Below are positions 45,807 through 57,060 of a stretch of 64,000 nt of DNA, piece after piece. Below the pieces are notes generated by a model. That model did no database searches. It saw nothing but the letters and a program-made list of their open reading frames with translations, and had not been told where the DNA came from. Origin of the DNA: Candidatus Thorarchaeota archaeon (GTDB lineage Archaea; Asgardarchaeota; Thorarchaeia; Thorarchaeales; Thorarchaeaceae); contig CAVSBO010000008.1 of the NCBI GenBank assembly GCA_963726195.1, forward strand, positions 96,001-160,000. The letters run 5' to 3'. Every line of letters starts with the position of its first letter. Position 1 is the stretch's first letter. A program made the translations under genes and the position numbers.

Positions 45807-47678
45807 TTATTGTCTGAGACCCGCTGACTTTAGCTTTGAATCCACGCTATGCAGACCTAGAGCGCTGAGTGTCTTAGAAGTCGGTACACCATTCTCGTCC
45901 CAACCCACGGCATGATAGTAGTTTGCTCGTGTTTTCTCGAAAGCCGCTCTGTCCACACTCTTGCCTGCATAGGGCCCCGAAGGAAGAGGTTCCCAGAATC
46001 GAGGTGGATTGTCATCATCTATTCTCGGTCTCCAAGTGACATCAGGGCCACCAAGAAGCAGCATTGTTCTCTGTAGCTGAAGTATCCTCAAGGCCTTCTT
46101 CTTGTACCATTCATCGGATGTCTGTTCCCACCCTGTGATGGCTGTATAGAACCGAAATATCTCATCATTGTCAACGCTCTTGGCGAAGAAACAATAGACG
46201 CCAGAATCGTTTAGAATCGCGGATAGTTCTCCATGGCCTCCCTCTGTGGGGAAGTGAGCTGCGGAGCCATGGTCACCGCCCTGCACTGAACACGCAAATC
46301 CAATGGGGCTCGATATGAAGTCCTTTCCACTCCTGATGCCGTGGCCGCCGATTTCCATGCCTTTCTCCTGAACAGCATAGTCCGTGAGGTCCACTCCCTT
46401 CATCTTTCCAATCATCTTCGCGGCCCGATAGACTCCCTGGGCCAAGATATCGCCAATTCCCTCTCGCCTGACCACCAAATCCAGCAGCCTTTCGAAGGCC
46501 TCCACATTCCCCCACTCAAGCTCGATTCCCTGAAGGTCATCCTTTGTGAGGATGCCTCTTTGATAGAGCTCTCCTGCAAGACCGAGGACTCCTCCGCCTT
46601 GAATTCCACACAGACCGACCTCGTTGATCATGGAGGCGAAGTGGATGTTGGTCTCGGGATCGAATATGCCGAGATTGGTTCCTCCAAAAGATTGCAGTTC
46701 GTAGTCCGGATTGTCACAGATGGTTCCCTCGTACTTCCCACTTCTCAATACAGCAAGCTTGAGACAGGTTACAGGACAACCGAAATCTCCCCAGTACTTC
46801 TTGACCCAGAACTTGTCAAACTCGTCTCCGCTGTATGCCTCATTGTCATGCCATTCCTCTTGCCAATTCCTTATGGGCTCTGAACTGGTCCCCGAGCCAA
46901 AGTAGTATCCACCACCCCCCGTACCGTATCGTCTGAAATCCTCTCTTTCGTAGCCCTTGGCAGACATGCTCTTGTACATCTCCGCCATGGACTCCGGGTC
47001 GTGTATCTCTGGAAGAGGTCCGAAGCCCTTAGCGACGACAGCCTTGAGATTCTTGGAGCCCATTACACCACCATATCCACCATAGCCAGCCGCGTGGGCA
47101 TACTTGGCCAGCACCACTGCCACCCTCGTCGCATTCTCTCCCGCAGGACCAATGTAGAGTATTGATGGCTCCTTGACCTCTCCATATCCCGGTCGTTTCT
47201 TTTTGATCTCCTCAATGGACCTCTTGTTCAGATAACGCAGTGTCTCTTTGCCTCGTTTGCCCCAGATGGCTGATGCGTCCTTGATCTCGACTTGGTCTTC
47301 AAAGACAGTAATGTAACATGGTTTCTCAGCCCGTCCTGTGATTATGAGCCCGTCAATGCCTGCACATTTGAGGTCGACACCGAACTCGCCCGCGACGGTT
47401 GAGCCTACGACACCATTGCATTGAGGCGACTTGCCCGAAACACAAATCTTCGTGCCAGGAAAATACCCTGTAAGAGGACCCGTGAGCATCAGCAGGATAT
47501 TCTCTGGACCGAGCGGGTCCACCTCCTCCCATCTTCTACCCAGTCTGTTCCAAAGAATCCTTGCGGCCAACCCTCGGCCCCCGACATAGTCCCTTAGCAT
47601 ACGGTCCGGGAAGTTCCTCTCCTTGATTTCACGAGATGAGAGGTCGATGTCTAGGAATTTGCCAGCATATCCCCTCAT
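45807..47678 (-). CDS. Tungsten aldehyde:ferredoxin oxidoreductase family protein
   Basis: YVGGRGLA, GPAGE, GGVMGSKNLKA, GCPVTC, GWDENGVP. Confidence 0.9.
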   Translation of the reverse strand: MRGYAGKFLDIDLSSREIKERNFPDRMLRDYVGGRGLAARILWNRLGRRWEEVDPLGPENILLMLTGPLTGYFPGTKICVSGKSPQCNGVVGSTVAGEFGVDLKCAGIDGLIITGRAEKPCYITVFEDQVEIKDASAIWGKRGKETLRYLNKRSIEEIKKKRPGYGEVKEPSILYIGPAGENATRVAVVLAKYAHAAGYGGYGGVMGSKNLKAVVAKGFGPLPEIHDPESMAEMYKSMSAKGYEREDFRRYGTGGGGYYFGSGTSSEPIRNWQEEWHDNEAYSGDEFDKFWVKKYWGDFGCPVTCLKLAVLRSGKYEGTICDNPDYELQSFGGTNLGIFDPETNIHFASMINEVGLCGIQGGGVLGLAGELYQRGILTKDDLQGIELEWGNVEAFERLLDLVVRREGIGDILAQGVYRAAKMIGKMKGVDLTDYAVQEKGMEIGGHGIRSGKDFISSPIGFACSVQGGDHGSAAHFPTEGGHGELSAILNDSGVYCFFAKSVDNDEIFRFYTAITGWEQTSDEWYKKKALRILQLQRTMLLLGGPDVTWRPRIDDDNPPRFWEPLPSGPYAGKSVDRAAFEKTRANYYHAVGWDENGVPTSKTLSALGLHSVDSKLKSAGLRQ

Positions 47679-48211
47679 TCTTCCCAGACCTCCTTCAGTG
47701 TTTTTTCTCCGAGGATGGTTGTGCCAGTCTCGCGCGTCAGCTGCTGAGGCGTCTCCGGTTGCTGCTTGGCTTGTCCTTGCTTGCCTTGCCACGATAACGT
47801 TAGTGCATTCCACTTTCCTTCTGTGCATGTTCTTACGCACTCTGGGTCTCCACCGCACAAATCGCATATCACTACGCGACTCCCATCAGGGTGCAGATGT
47901 GGAACGCGGCCCGGGCAAGCATCAATACAATTACCGCAGGTAGTGCAGAGGGAGTCGTCCACATTGATTGCTCCGGTCTGTTCGTTGACCGACAAGGCTC
48001 CCTCGGGACATGCTTCAACACACTTTGGATCATCACACTGAAAACAAAGATGCGGTATCTCAATGCCAGGAACAAACATGAACACGCGGACCCTTGACGC
48101 TTCTGGCCAAATCCGCTCCTCATGGGACAGCGAACATGCAATCTCGCATCTTCTGCATCCACTACACAGCAGGTAGTCTCGATTGACCCACACTTGTCTC
48201 GGTCGAGTCAT
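47675..48211 (-). CDS. 4Fe-4S polyferredoxin subunit of the AOR
   Basis: CSGCRRCEIAC, CFQCDDPKCVEACP, CTTCGNCIDACP, CDLCGGDPECV. Confidence 0.9.
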   Translation of the reverse strand: MTRPRQVWVNRDYLLCSGCRRCEIACSLSHEERIWPEASRVRVFMFVPGIEIPHLCFQCDDPKCVEACPEGALSVNEQTGAINVDDSLCTTCGNCIDACPGRVPHLHPDGSRVVICDLCGGDPECVRTCTEGKWNALTLSWQGKQGQAKQQPETPQQLTRETGTTILGEKTLKEVWEE

Positions 48212-48337
48212 GAATATCCCTCGTGTGCAAGCAGCGTGAAGTCAGTACGAGCAGCGTTCCTATTCAGCTTTCCTCATTGTCGAAGGAGACGCGTGAGAAG
48301 AAAGGTATTTGAACCCCGTTCTGTCAAGGTATTCAGT

Positions 48338-49072
48338 ATGGACATGTCCGAGATGAAGCAGTACGCTTGGGTTCTCTACGGCATTGTGAGCATACTCATC
48401 ATATTCGGGGTTGCGATGCTTTACACTCCTGTTGCAGCCCTGTCGGCTGCTCTCCATCCAATACCTGCCCAACTCGCGACGCCAGTTGACCTCGCAATTC
48501 CCGTGGTTCCTGCGGCGATTATCGTCTATTGGTATGTCTTCTACTCATTCATATTCTTCAGCTACTTTTACTTCGCATTCGTTCAGCGCGAGTATCGGAA
48601 TGCGCTTGTCATAGCCTATGTCCTAATCAACGCTGTCGCATACTTGGTCTATTTGGTGTTTCCAGTAATTGGACCCACTCGCATTGTCCCCGGCACTGAC
48701 TTCTTCTCGCTCCAGTTAGCATCATTGTATCTAAACGACACCCCGCTCAACTGTTTCCCGAGCCTTCATGGATCAATGTCACTTCTGGCCGCGTATTCAT
48801 TGTGGAGAGCAAAGAAGGAGTACGGATACATCTCATGGCCGATAGCCATTGCTGTAATGATTTCAACGCTCTTCGTTCACCAACACTGGATTGCAGATCA
48901 GATATTCGCTACGATTGTCACGCTCTCCATCTGCTATTTTGTCTTTAACTGGCTCAAGTACACGAGAGTCCTGAAGTCCACTACACAGGTCCACCTATGG
49001 CAACTACTTGTGTCAGCTGTGTTTGCGGTCCTATTCATGATGCTCTACGTGTGGGCATTCTACATCGCTTAG
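48338..49072 (+). CDS. PAP2/Aur1-like membrane phosphoesterase
   Basis: NCFPSLH, STLFVHQHWIAD. Confidence 0.85.
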   Translation: MDMSEMKQYAWVLYGIVSILIIFGVAMLYTPVAALSAALHPIPAQLATPVDLAIPVVPAAIIVYWYVFYSFIFFSYFYFAFVQREYRNALVIAYVLINAVAYLVYLVFPVIGPTRIVPGTDFFSLQLASLYLNDTPLNCFPSLHGSMSLLAAYSLWRAKKEYGYISWPIAIAVMISTLFVHQHWIADQIFATIVTLSICYFVFNWLKYTRVLKSTTQVHLWQLLVSAVFAVLFMMLYVWAFYIA

Positions 49073-49231
49073 CGGGCAAGAGAAATGATGCATTCGAGGC
49101 CGCTCTGGACAGTCTCTCGTCGCGTGGCTCCTGAAATCAAGGCCTAATCACACCTAGGTCGATCACGAAGCACAAGTTTGAGGAATCGCAACTCTCATGT
49201 ACGCAGACATGCCCAGTTTGCAAGAGACGAT

Positions 49232-49540
49232 ATGGGCAAAATCCTATCTGTTAGGCTGGACAAGGACCTTGAAACCAGACTGACTTACCTTATGAAACGG
49301 AGAAGGATTGTGGACAAGTCTGCATATATCAGACAGCTCATAGACAGGTCTCTTTTCCAAGACCTTCTTGACTACCTATCTGAAGAGGTATCGGCCAAGC
49401 GAATCAGTGCGTGGAAAGCGGCATCTGATGCTGGCATCTCTTTGAGAGCAATGATGGCAGAGCTGGCCCGACGGAACGTGCCTTCCTATGATGAGGTGTC
49501 ACTCAGAGAGGACTTGATGAGTGAACGGCTATACTCGTAA
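49232..49540 (+). CDS. UPF0175-like RHH/HTH putative antitoxin
   Basis: LSVRLD, DKSAYIRQLI, ISAWKAA..AGISL, YDEVSLREDL. Confidence 0.7.
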   Translation: MGKILSVRLDKDLETRLTYLMKRRRIVDKSAYIRQLIDRSLFQDLLDYLSEEVSAKRISAWKAASDAGISLRAMMAELARRNVPSYDEVSLREDLMSERLYS

Positions 49541-49737
49541 GTCAAGTCCGAATTTTCATAGCACTCTCCCGTTGAGGGATGCCAAGTTCTGCCGAGTTTG
49601 TCCAATCTCAATGCATCTGCCGGCAATTCTAAGAACTTGAGCCACACGAAGAATCTGAATGGACACCGACTGCAGTCACGATAACTCAGGAGTTCCTCTT
49701 TCCAATCATTGAATAGTGCTCGCGGGCGAGTCGAAGT

Positions 49738-50304
49738 ATGGAACTTGCTACCTTCGGTGCAGGCTGCTTCTGGTGCACAGAGGCTGCATATCAACAGCTG
49801 AAAGGCGTCGCCTCAGTGGTTTCGGGATATTCTGGCGGAAATGTCGAGAATCCCACATACGAGCAGGTGAGCACAGGCCGGACAGGTCATGCCGAGGTCT
49901 CTCAGATTGAGTATGACCCCGAACAGATTACTTACGACGAACTGCTCGAGGTGTTCTTCGCGATCCATGACCCAACCACTCTGAACCGTCAAGGCAATGA
50001 TGTCGGCACGCAGTATCGCTCTGTCATATTCTACCATGATGAAAATCAGAAGAAAGCTGCTGAGGCCGCGGTCGTCAGAGTCAATGCTAGTCGTGTTTGG
50101 AGGAAACCAATCGTAACAGAAATCAAGCCATTCAAGAAGTTCTTCCCGGCAGAAGACTATCACCAGAACTACTATCGTAGTAACCCGAATCAGGCCTACT
50201 GCCGTCTAGTGATTCAGCCCAAGCTCGACAAGTTCGAACATGTATTCAAGCTGAAGCTCTTGGACGAAAATGTGGGGGATTTTGTTCGAGGTTCGAGACA
50301 CTGA
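49738..50304 (+). CDS. msrA: Peptide methionine sulfoxide reductase A
   Basis: GCFWC, GHAEV, HDPT, QGND.GTQYRS, AEDYHQNY. Confidence 0.95.
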   Translation: MELATFGAGCFWCTEAAYQQLKGVASVVSGYSGGNVENPTYEQVSTGRTGHAEVSQIEYDPEQITYDELLEVFFAIHDPTTLNRQGNDVGTQYRSVIFYHDENQKKAAEAAVVRVNASRVWRKPIVTEIKPFKKFFPAEDYHQNYYRSNPNQAYCRLVIQPKLDKFEHVFKLKLLDENVGDFVRGSRH

Positions 50305-50429
50305 TTCTCCAAATGCAAATGAGCGCTTTCAAAAAGGGCTGAGAGGAACAGGCCTCAATCTTCGATACTCGGCCCCTTCGAACAGGGATGCGACCCATCG
50401 TAAGTGGGGTGGTGTATGATGGTCCTAAT

Positions 50430-52700
50430 TCATGGCGTTTCAGCCGCAGGAAGCGCAAAGACGAACGTTATCATTTCCAGTTCCTCTGAGTGCTCTTGGG
50501 TTTCGATATGGACCCGACCAAGGAATAGTCGAGTGAGTTCTCTTACGAGGGTGAAGTCCAATCCCTCGGACGTGTCTGTTTCGAGATAATGCTCGAATAG
50601 GTCACGGGTTCTCTTGGCCTCTGTCTTAGCAGCTAGCATAGTCATCCGGATCTCCCACATAGGCGGAGTTTCTTCCGAGAGAACAGTCATTGTCGCGGTG
50701 ACAGATACGATATCTTTCGCTCTCCTGACCAGTCCTCTTAGCAGACTGAAGAACAAATCGGCTAGAAGGCCGTTTGCACTGACGAAGCACTCCCCGATTT
50801 CATGATTTGTCTTGATCTCAATCTTCTTCTCGGGCATAGCCTTGGACACTCTAGTCGCCGCCCATTTGACACAGTCGACAACATCTGTTGGTTCAAGGTC
50901 CTTCGGAGAGTATGGTTCTCCACCCACAAGTCCTCCCATCGCTTTGGTCAAATCATTGGCATGTGAGATTCTCATCATTGCCCCTGAAAGCGACTTCCGA
51001 CCGGGGTCACTCATGTGCGTTTCTTGGCTCATTCCGCTGAGCAGACTGAGTGTTTCTGTCTGATGGTCAACTATGTCACTTTCCACTACATCCGAACAGA
51101 CTCTCGCCCGACTCTTGAACTCCCGTATCTCCTTGTTCTTGTCGAGATACAGGTACGTCATGGTCACGTAGAGCATGATTCCCGCAGTCAGCAGGATTCC
51201 CTCTGCAGCCCACCAGCCCGCACTCCAGTACGTGAAGTTGGCTTTCAGGATCATTGATATGATCCAGAGTGCCTGAGACAATACTGCTACGCTCTCGACA
51301 GAGTACTGCCCGCCCGTTTCAGCAGCCATCAGCATAACAAAACTCACGAGCGCAAAGGTCGAAATAAACGCTGTACCGAGCATGATTGTTTCGGCCACAT
51401 TTGCTCCGAACAGGTCAGGATACATCTGGAAAAGCTGTGACCTTATGATCTCTCCAAGAATGAGTATGACCACTACCAACACGTAACCCGCTAGATGAAG
51501 CCTGACTGAGAGCCTCGGTCTCTCTTCGCGGGAAGGCGCAAGTATTCTTCGCATCGCGACAAATAGAGTCACTACAGAGATGAGCCCTCCACATACGTAT
51601 GCCACAAATGGCTCGAATTGGGCCCCGTACACAGGGGAGAAGCGCGAAACCCCAATATCCACCTCCAGAATAGTCCACGAGAACATCAGGAACACTATAG
51701 GGGAATGATACCATGACGTTCCGCTTCTCGACCTGAAATAGAGCACAGTGCCTACTACGCCTGTGAAGATTGCTGCATTTCCGTGAATCAAGAACGTCGC
51801 CCCTATGTCGACATAAGACACGAACGAAGACACAGCCTCGATTAACTGGGTTGCGATGAAGGGGATTACCACGGAAAGTGAGATGGCCACGACAATGGTG
51901 TACGCAAGCGACCGTTTCACGCCGACATCGACAAGGAACGGATAGCCAGTTCCGCCGACTATGAAAATGAGACCCGCTGCCTGAAACAAGATGGCCGCGA
52001 CCCACAATTGGGATGGTTCAGCCAGAACAAACAGGAGTATGACGGTCGACATGCCGTATGATGCGCTTGATATCATTAGACGCACGGGGTCATGTGTTGA
52101 CCAGTCGGCTCTCTGTCTGCTTAGTCTAAGGATCAACAGGGCATATACTGCTAGGCCTGCGGCACCTGTGGCATAACCCGCACCTATGACCGCGACACTT
52201 GAGGGTATTGCCTGAGTGACGTAGTATGCAAGTCCATAGAATGCAAGTGCAGTTAGGAGGAGTAGCAGTGTAGCAGTGCGTTTCCTCCAAATAGAGACTC
52301 TCTTTCAAATCCTCGCCCTGCACATGATATGCTAGGAGCAAGAGCACCGCCAATGTCGTAGTTTCGATGAGGCCCAGAAGGATTCCTGCCGGGGCACGCT
52401 GGAATACTGGCGTGTTGATACGGTAGAAGTGATCCATTGTGGCACCTACCTGAATGGTCGAAATGTAGGCCAGCGCGACGACAATGATTTTGTGCTTTGG
52501 CGAGGGGTCGATTCTAGTGCGGCTTGAGGCAGCAGACTGTTGCAACGACTGCTAGGAACGCAAGAACAGAATGAATGGCGACCGCCGAACTCTGTGTGTC
52601 CCACGGAGGATTGCTCAGCAAGAACACATACGAAAACACCGCCACTAATACCAAGATTACTGCTGTCCTTACGGCGTCATAGAGCCTCGTGTATGGAGTC
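50430..52700 (-). CDS. Multi-TM sensor with degenerate histidine-kinase-like C-terminus (frameshifted at the 5' end)
   Basis: Many TM helices; HATPase-like tail (V.ANGLL.DLF, GL.F.LVREL...GRV.IE); 5' end approximate. Confidence 0.6.
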
Positions 52701-52979
52701 CCTCATGACATGGCGGCTCTCAAAATGAGAAAAGGGTATTCCCGTTATATATAGAGGATTACTTTCTTCCCACTCGTCATAGATAACTCTCAGCAACAAC
52801 TCCTTCCACATTCAGACAGCGATTAATTGCTTTGCAGGCGAACGTCCACTCGAGTCGCAGGTTCCCGCTTGTGAAAAGACGTACCGGGTCATAACTTGAT
52901 TGCCCGCAACTGGGTCAAGGGTTTCTGAAGAATGCGGCCGACCGGCCATCATTCATCGACAAGATATAATGTCGAAGGT

Positions 52980-53919
52980 CTATCGGTCTATTGTAGCACT
53001 GCAGAATGGGCAACTTGCACTCTTCCCACTCTTCAGGCAATCGACTGTGGCTTGTGGAAGTACACCACCGCATCTTGGACAGAGCCATGCGCTCAGCTTC
53101 TCAGGAGAAGCCGCTGGCGTAGCGGCCGACGGGGATTGCATCTGATAGAACCGGTTCGGTTGCTGGGCAAGCGACATGATCGCTTCTGGAACCAGGTACG
53201 CATCACGAAGTGACAGTGACATAATTTCATACGGGGCTGGATAAATCTCGCAGTCCTCACCTATCCTCAGGTCAAGGAGGGATTTGCAGGCGAAAAGAGG
53301 CGAAATATCAACACTCTTGATACGATTGTCTTGAAGCATGAGTCGGACAAGCTGACCGCAGCGAGCTAGTGGGCGAAGGTCAATACTCTCTATCTGATTG
53401 CTTTCCAAGCATAGTTCTCGAAGTCGGTCACATTTTAGCAGCGGCTTCAGGTCGATGGCACGAAGCTTGATTGCGCGAAACATCTAGGTGTCCGATGCTA
53501 GAGTACGTCGAAAGGGAACTGAGATTGATGCTCTCGAGCCGATTTTCAAAAAGGAGTATTGTTTCCAGCTTGGAGCATTTTTGGAGCGGGCTGAGGTCAC
53601 ACGCACCAAGCTGATTGTGGAATAGCATGAGCTTTCTAAGATTGGTGCACCCTGACAGTGGTTCTAAGTCAATGACTTGGAGCTCGTTTTCGGAAAGCCA
53701 CAGCTCTCTGAGTTCCACGCAGTTAGCCAATGGCGTCAAGTCGATCTGCTTCAGATGGTTCTTGGACAAATCCAGTTTTTTGAGCCAAAGGCTTCCAGAC
53801 AGAGGACCAAGGTCAATGCGCAGAATGTCTTTTTCCGGGAGACTGAGTGACCCATTCCAGTTCTTGTACTGTTTTCTGATTGTCTCCCCGGTGACCGTAG
53901 CATACTCCAGCTCAACCAT
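52980..53919 (-). CDS. Leucine-rich repeat protein with C-terminal zinc ribbon (frameshift near 53480)
   Basis: Repeated LxxLxLxxNxLxxIDLxPL; CPRC..CPFC. Confidence 0.85.
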
Positions 53920-54369
53920 GACCCCGCACCCGGTTTGAGGTAATCGGGAAGCACGCCTTTGAGCTTTTCCTAGCCACTGAACCGTCGATACTCTCGGATT
54001 TGGACGCATTGCATGAAACCTCGAAGCATTCCCACGAACCCGCATCAACGGCGGCACGCCTTCTCGTCTTTCCACTCCGAAGTCTCATTCTGAAGCACAT
54101 GCTCCTGCTGGTGCGGAGACTCATGCGGAAACATAACTTGATGACCGTACCAGCGATTCAGGAGCCCACATCTGCTTCTCTTGTCTGTGGGCAGATAGTC
54201 GGCCCCAAGAACCTCTCTGCCCATGACGACAAGTCGACCTGAGCTGTGGTTTCAGCGGCCTTCTAGAAGCGATGTAATGCTCTTTGGGAGCCTCAGATAC
54301 CGTTGAAGTGTTAAGCTCTGTGTTAACAGAGCATATCAGTGTATACGCACGTAGCAGAGATGATAGGCG

Positions 54370-54585
54370 TTGGGAAAAAACATTCTCATCAGTAACGAGG
54401 TCTATGAGAGGCTGAAGTCATTGAAGCGGGACACCGAGTCTTTCACGGAGGTCATCATGCGACTGCTTGGTCACAGAAGCAGAAGTGTTCTTGATTTGGC
54501 AGGGACCTGGCCGTATTCAGAAGAGGAAACTAGAAGCATGGAGCATCTGTTGGAGGAGAGTTGGGCTGAGGGATGGAATAAATGA
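54370..54585 (+). CDS. VapB-type antitoxin (DUF217-like)
   Basis: KNILISNEVYERLKSLK..ESFTEVIMRL. Confidence 0.85.
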   Translation: MGKNILISNEVYERLKSLKRDTESFTEVIMRLLGHRSRSVLDLAGTWPYSEEETRSMEHLLEESWAEGWNK

Positions 54586-54755
54586 CGCTACATGCTGCAG
54601 ACATCCAACGTACCAGCTTTTCGAAAGGTAGGCCGCTCAGCGTCAGAGATCTGTTCATAGCCGCCACGGCACTCACAAACGGTTGTGGAACGGTTATTAC
54701 CAGAAACGAACGGGATTTCTCGGCCATCGAAGGATTGAAAGTCGAAACTTACTGA
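54582..54755 (+). pseudogene. VapC PIN toxin remnant (C-terminal half only)
   Basis: RDLFIAATAL..VITRNERDF..IEGL.VETY; N-terminal DT motif absent. Confidence 0.75.
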
Positions 54756-54902
54756 ATTGCGGCCGCGGCCAATCCGCGTTTAATCCGTCCATGGCATCAA
54801 GAGAATGATCCAAAGATTCCGCCCTGCTTGGCTCGCGAGTCTAGGCTTGCACGAGGCGCATGGAGCACATATTTAACAGCTCCATGATTCGCGTCGGTTA
54901 CT

Positions 54903-55139
54903 ATGAACACAGAAACCGACAGTGCCGGGACACGCCGCGAGAACATCCACCCGGGTCTCGTGGTCGATGTGATTCTCAAGAAGGACCAGTCCACAGGCAA
55001 GTTGACCCGGGGCGTAGTCAAGGATATTCTCACCAACTCCCCCATTCATCCTCGCGGCATAAAAGTCCGGCTGAACAACGGGCTGGTCGGTCGGGTAAAG
55101 GTCATCGTCAATGAGCAGTCCGGGAAGTCGGGAAGGTGA
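54903..55139 (+). CDS. YwbE (DUF2196) family protein
   Basis: KKDQ.TGKLTRG.V..ILT.S..HP.GIKVRL..G.VGRV. Confidence 0.9.
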   Translation: MNTETDSAGTRRENIHPGLVVDVILKKDQSTGKLTRGVVKDILTNSPIHPRGIKVRLNNGLVGRVKVIVNEQSGKSGR

Positions 55140-55178
55140 GGTCTTCTCTAGTTCCACATGTGAGGTCGTGAGAGCGTC

Positions 55179-55943
55179 ATGCCCGGACGAAGTACGAATC
55201 ATGTCTTTGGGCGTTCGCGGCGAGGGTATGCTGTTGCTGCGCTGGTGGGATTGGATAACAACCGCGCAGCCCTTTGGGTTGTGTACAGTGAATCCATCAG
55301 ACAACACGGCTTCATCGACCGCCCGGCAGATCCCGATAGCCGCAAGGAGGCTGCTCTCTACAACTTCTACAATACCATCATTGCTGAGGTGAAGAAGGTT
55401 CTTTCGACTGGTCTCGCCAGCCTTGTTGTGGCCAGCACAGGGGTCGACGCTTCGCTTGCCGAGAGCTTCATCGCCCACATACGCAAGCATCACGCATACC
55501 TCGTACGAGCTATCCGCATGGAAAGTATCGCCGGCGATGCGATGACAGTCAACGCCGCTAGGGAACTAGTCAAGACAGATGCCTTTCAGTCGGTCACCAA
55601 CGATGTCACCAATCAGGAATCGGATGCTCTCGTTGAAGTGCTTGATGCTAGGCTCTCTGATAGTACGGGACGGGTGACTGTGCTTTTCTCGCTTGAGGAG
55701 ATTGACCGGTACTTCAGGAGTCTCTCTAAGGCTGGCGAAGCCGCTGTCGAATACCCGGAGTATGTGCTCATGACCGATGCATTTTGGGCTGCACGAAAGA
55801 ACGATTCTCGCCTCCAGCGAGTGATGGATGTTGCTAAGAACGCCTCGGTGAAGACCCGTGTCCTGCGCAGTGACGGGGAGGCCGGGACACGCGTCGCTCA
55901 GCTTGGCGGCCTCGTCTGTTTCACTGCACCGAGGGCTCGTTAG
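55179..55943 (+). CDS. Pelota/eRF1 domain 2-3-like protein
   Basis: C-terminal GEAGTRVAQLGGLVCF resembles the pelota/aRF1 domain 3 end. Confidence 0.55.
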   Translation: MPGRSTNHVFGRSRRGYAVAALVGLDNNRAALWVVYSESIRQHGFIDRPADPDSRKEAALYNFYNTIIAEVKKVLSTGLASLVVASTGVDASLAESFIAHIRKHHAYLVRAIRMESIAGDAMTVNAARELVKTDAFQSVTNDVTNQESDALVEVLDARLSDSTGRVTVLFSLEEIDRYFRSLSKAGEAAVEYPEYVLMTDAFWAARKNDSRLQRVMDVAKNASVKTRVLRSDGEAGTRVAQLGGLVCFTAPRAR

Positions 55944-56081
55944 TTCCAAGAACCGTTTCTTCCGGCACAGTATGTACAACACAAGAGGTTCGCTGAACAC
56001 ATTGGCGCTTGGTTTATCCTGTCACCTGTCACGCACTTTTTAGGACCGAAATGTTCTCAGCAGCATTGGCTGTGGAATAGC

Positions 56082-56915
56082 ATGAACCTGCAGGTTTCAG
56101 AACTGAGGCGCGATTTCGTCGGGAGTCACCGCGAAGTCACGACTTCAGATGGCATTACTCTATTCCTTAGAGCTTGGGAGCCTTCACCGAAAGATGCTAG
56201 GAATACCGCTATCCTGATCTTTCACGGAATCACTGCTCATAGTGGACCCTACGAATTCATTGGAATACCCCTTTCTAAGATAGGCTTCCCCACATTTGGT
56301 ATGGATATGCGCGGCCATGGACTATCCGATGGAAACAGAGGAGACTGTCCGAGCAAGAAGCGATTCGCTCTAGACCTCTGCGAAACTCTGTCTTTCCTGA
56401 AGGAAACATATCCAAGAGTCGTCACGATAGGTCATAGCCTTGGAGTATTGTCATCGTGGATAGTGATGGACACATGTCCAGAGAAGATTGATGGAGCAGT
56501 CCTCCTCTCGGGGGCCCGCACCATTAGACCCGGAATCATGCCCAAATTGGGTTCCTCAACAAAGCTAAAGATCGCGCTCAGCTCAATCATCTCTCCTAGC
56601 AGGCCCGTCGTTAAGTATCGTCGCGAAGGAATGACAGGTCTTGATGACCCGCTCTTTACATTCAGCTACACGTTGCGTTTCATGAGATTGCTGAACTTCG
56701 CTGGAATCAAATTCGTCCATAGTCTCGACATCCCAGTGTTCGTCGGTGTCGGAGATCAGGACGAGTTGTTCTCAGTAGAGTCAGTCAGAGAACTATATGA
56801 TGAAATTCCTTCCAAGGACAAGGAGTTCTACGTGCAACCGGGAGCCAAGCATGCTGTGTTTCCTAAGGGCAGCTGGACACCGATGATAAACTGGCTAAAG
56901 GAACGGTTCACTTAG
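56082..56915 (+). CDS. Alpha/beta hydrolase (lysophospholipase-like)
   Basis: HGI..HS, DMRGHGLS, GHSLG, catalytic Asp and His. Confidence 0.9.
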   Translation: MNLQVSELRRDFVGSHREVTTSDGITLFLRAWEPSPKDARNTAILIFHGITAHSGPYEFIGIPLSKIGFPTFGMDMRGHGLSDGNRGDCPSKKRFALDLCETLSFLKETYPRVVTIGHSLGVLSSWIVMDTCPEKIDGAVLLSGARTIRPGIMPKLGSSTKLKIALSSIISPSRPVVKYRREGMTGLDDPLFTFSYTLRFMRLLNFAGIKFVHSLDIPVFVGVGDQDELFSVESVRELYDEIPSKDKEFYVQPGAKHAVFPKGSWTPMINWLKERFT

Positions 56916-57060
56916 TCACTCTTACCCGACGTCCTGAGTCCCATGGAACTCTGAAGTCTGAGCCCTTCGTCATAGCCATTCCGCCAACCAGAGACAAAAT
57001 CTCTGTGAGCGTCTAATCTGGATTGGAACTGGAGACAAGCATCCATGAGACAACCTTCTT

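Noticed and set aside
53940-54340. Hairpins upstream of vapB (TGGGCAGA/TCTGCCCA; GCTCTGT/ACAGAGC)
   Set aside because: They are isolated; the second may be a TA operator, but evidence is too weak to call.
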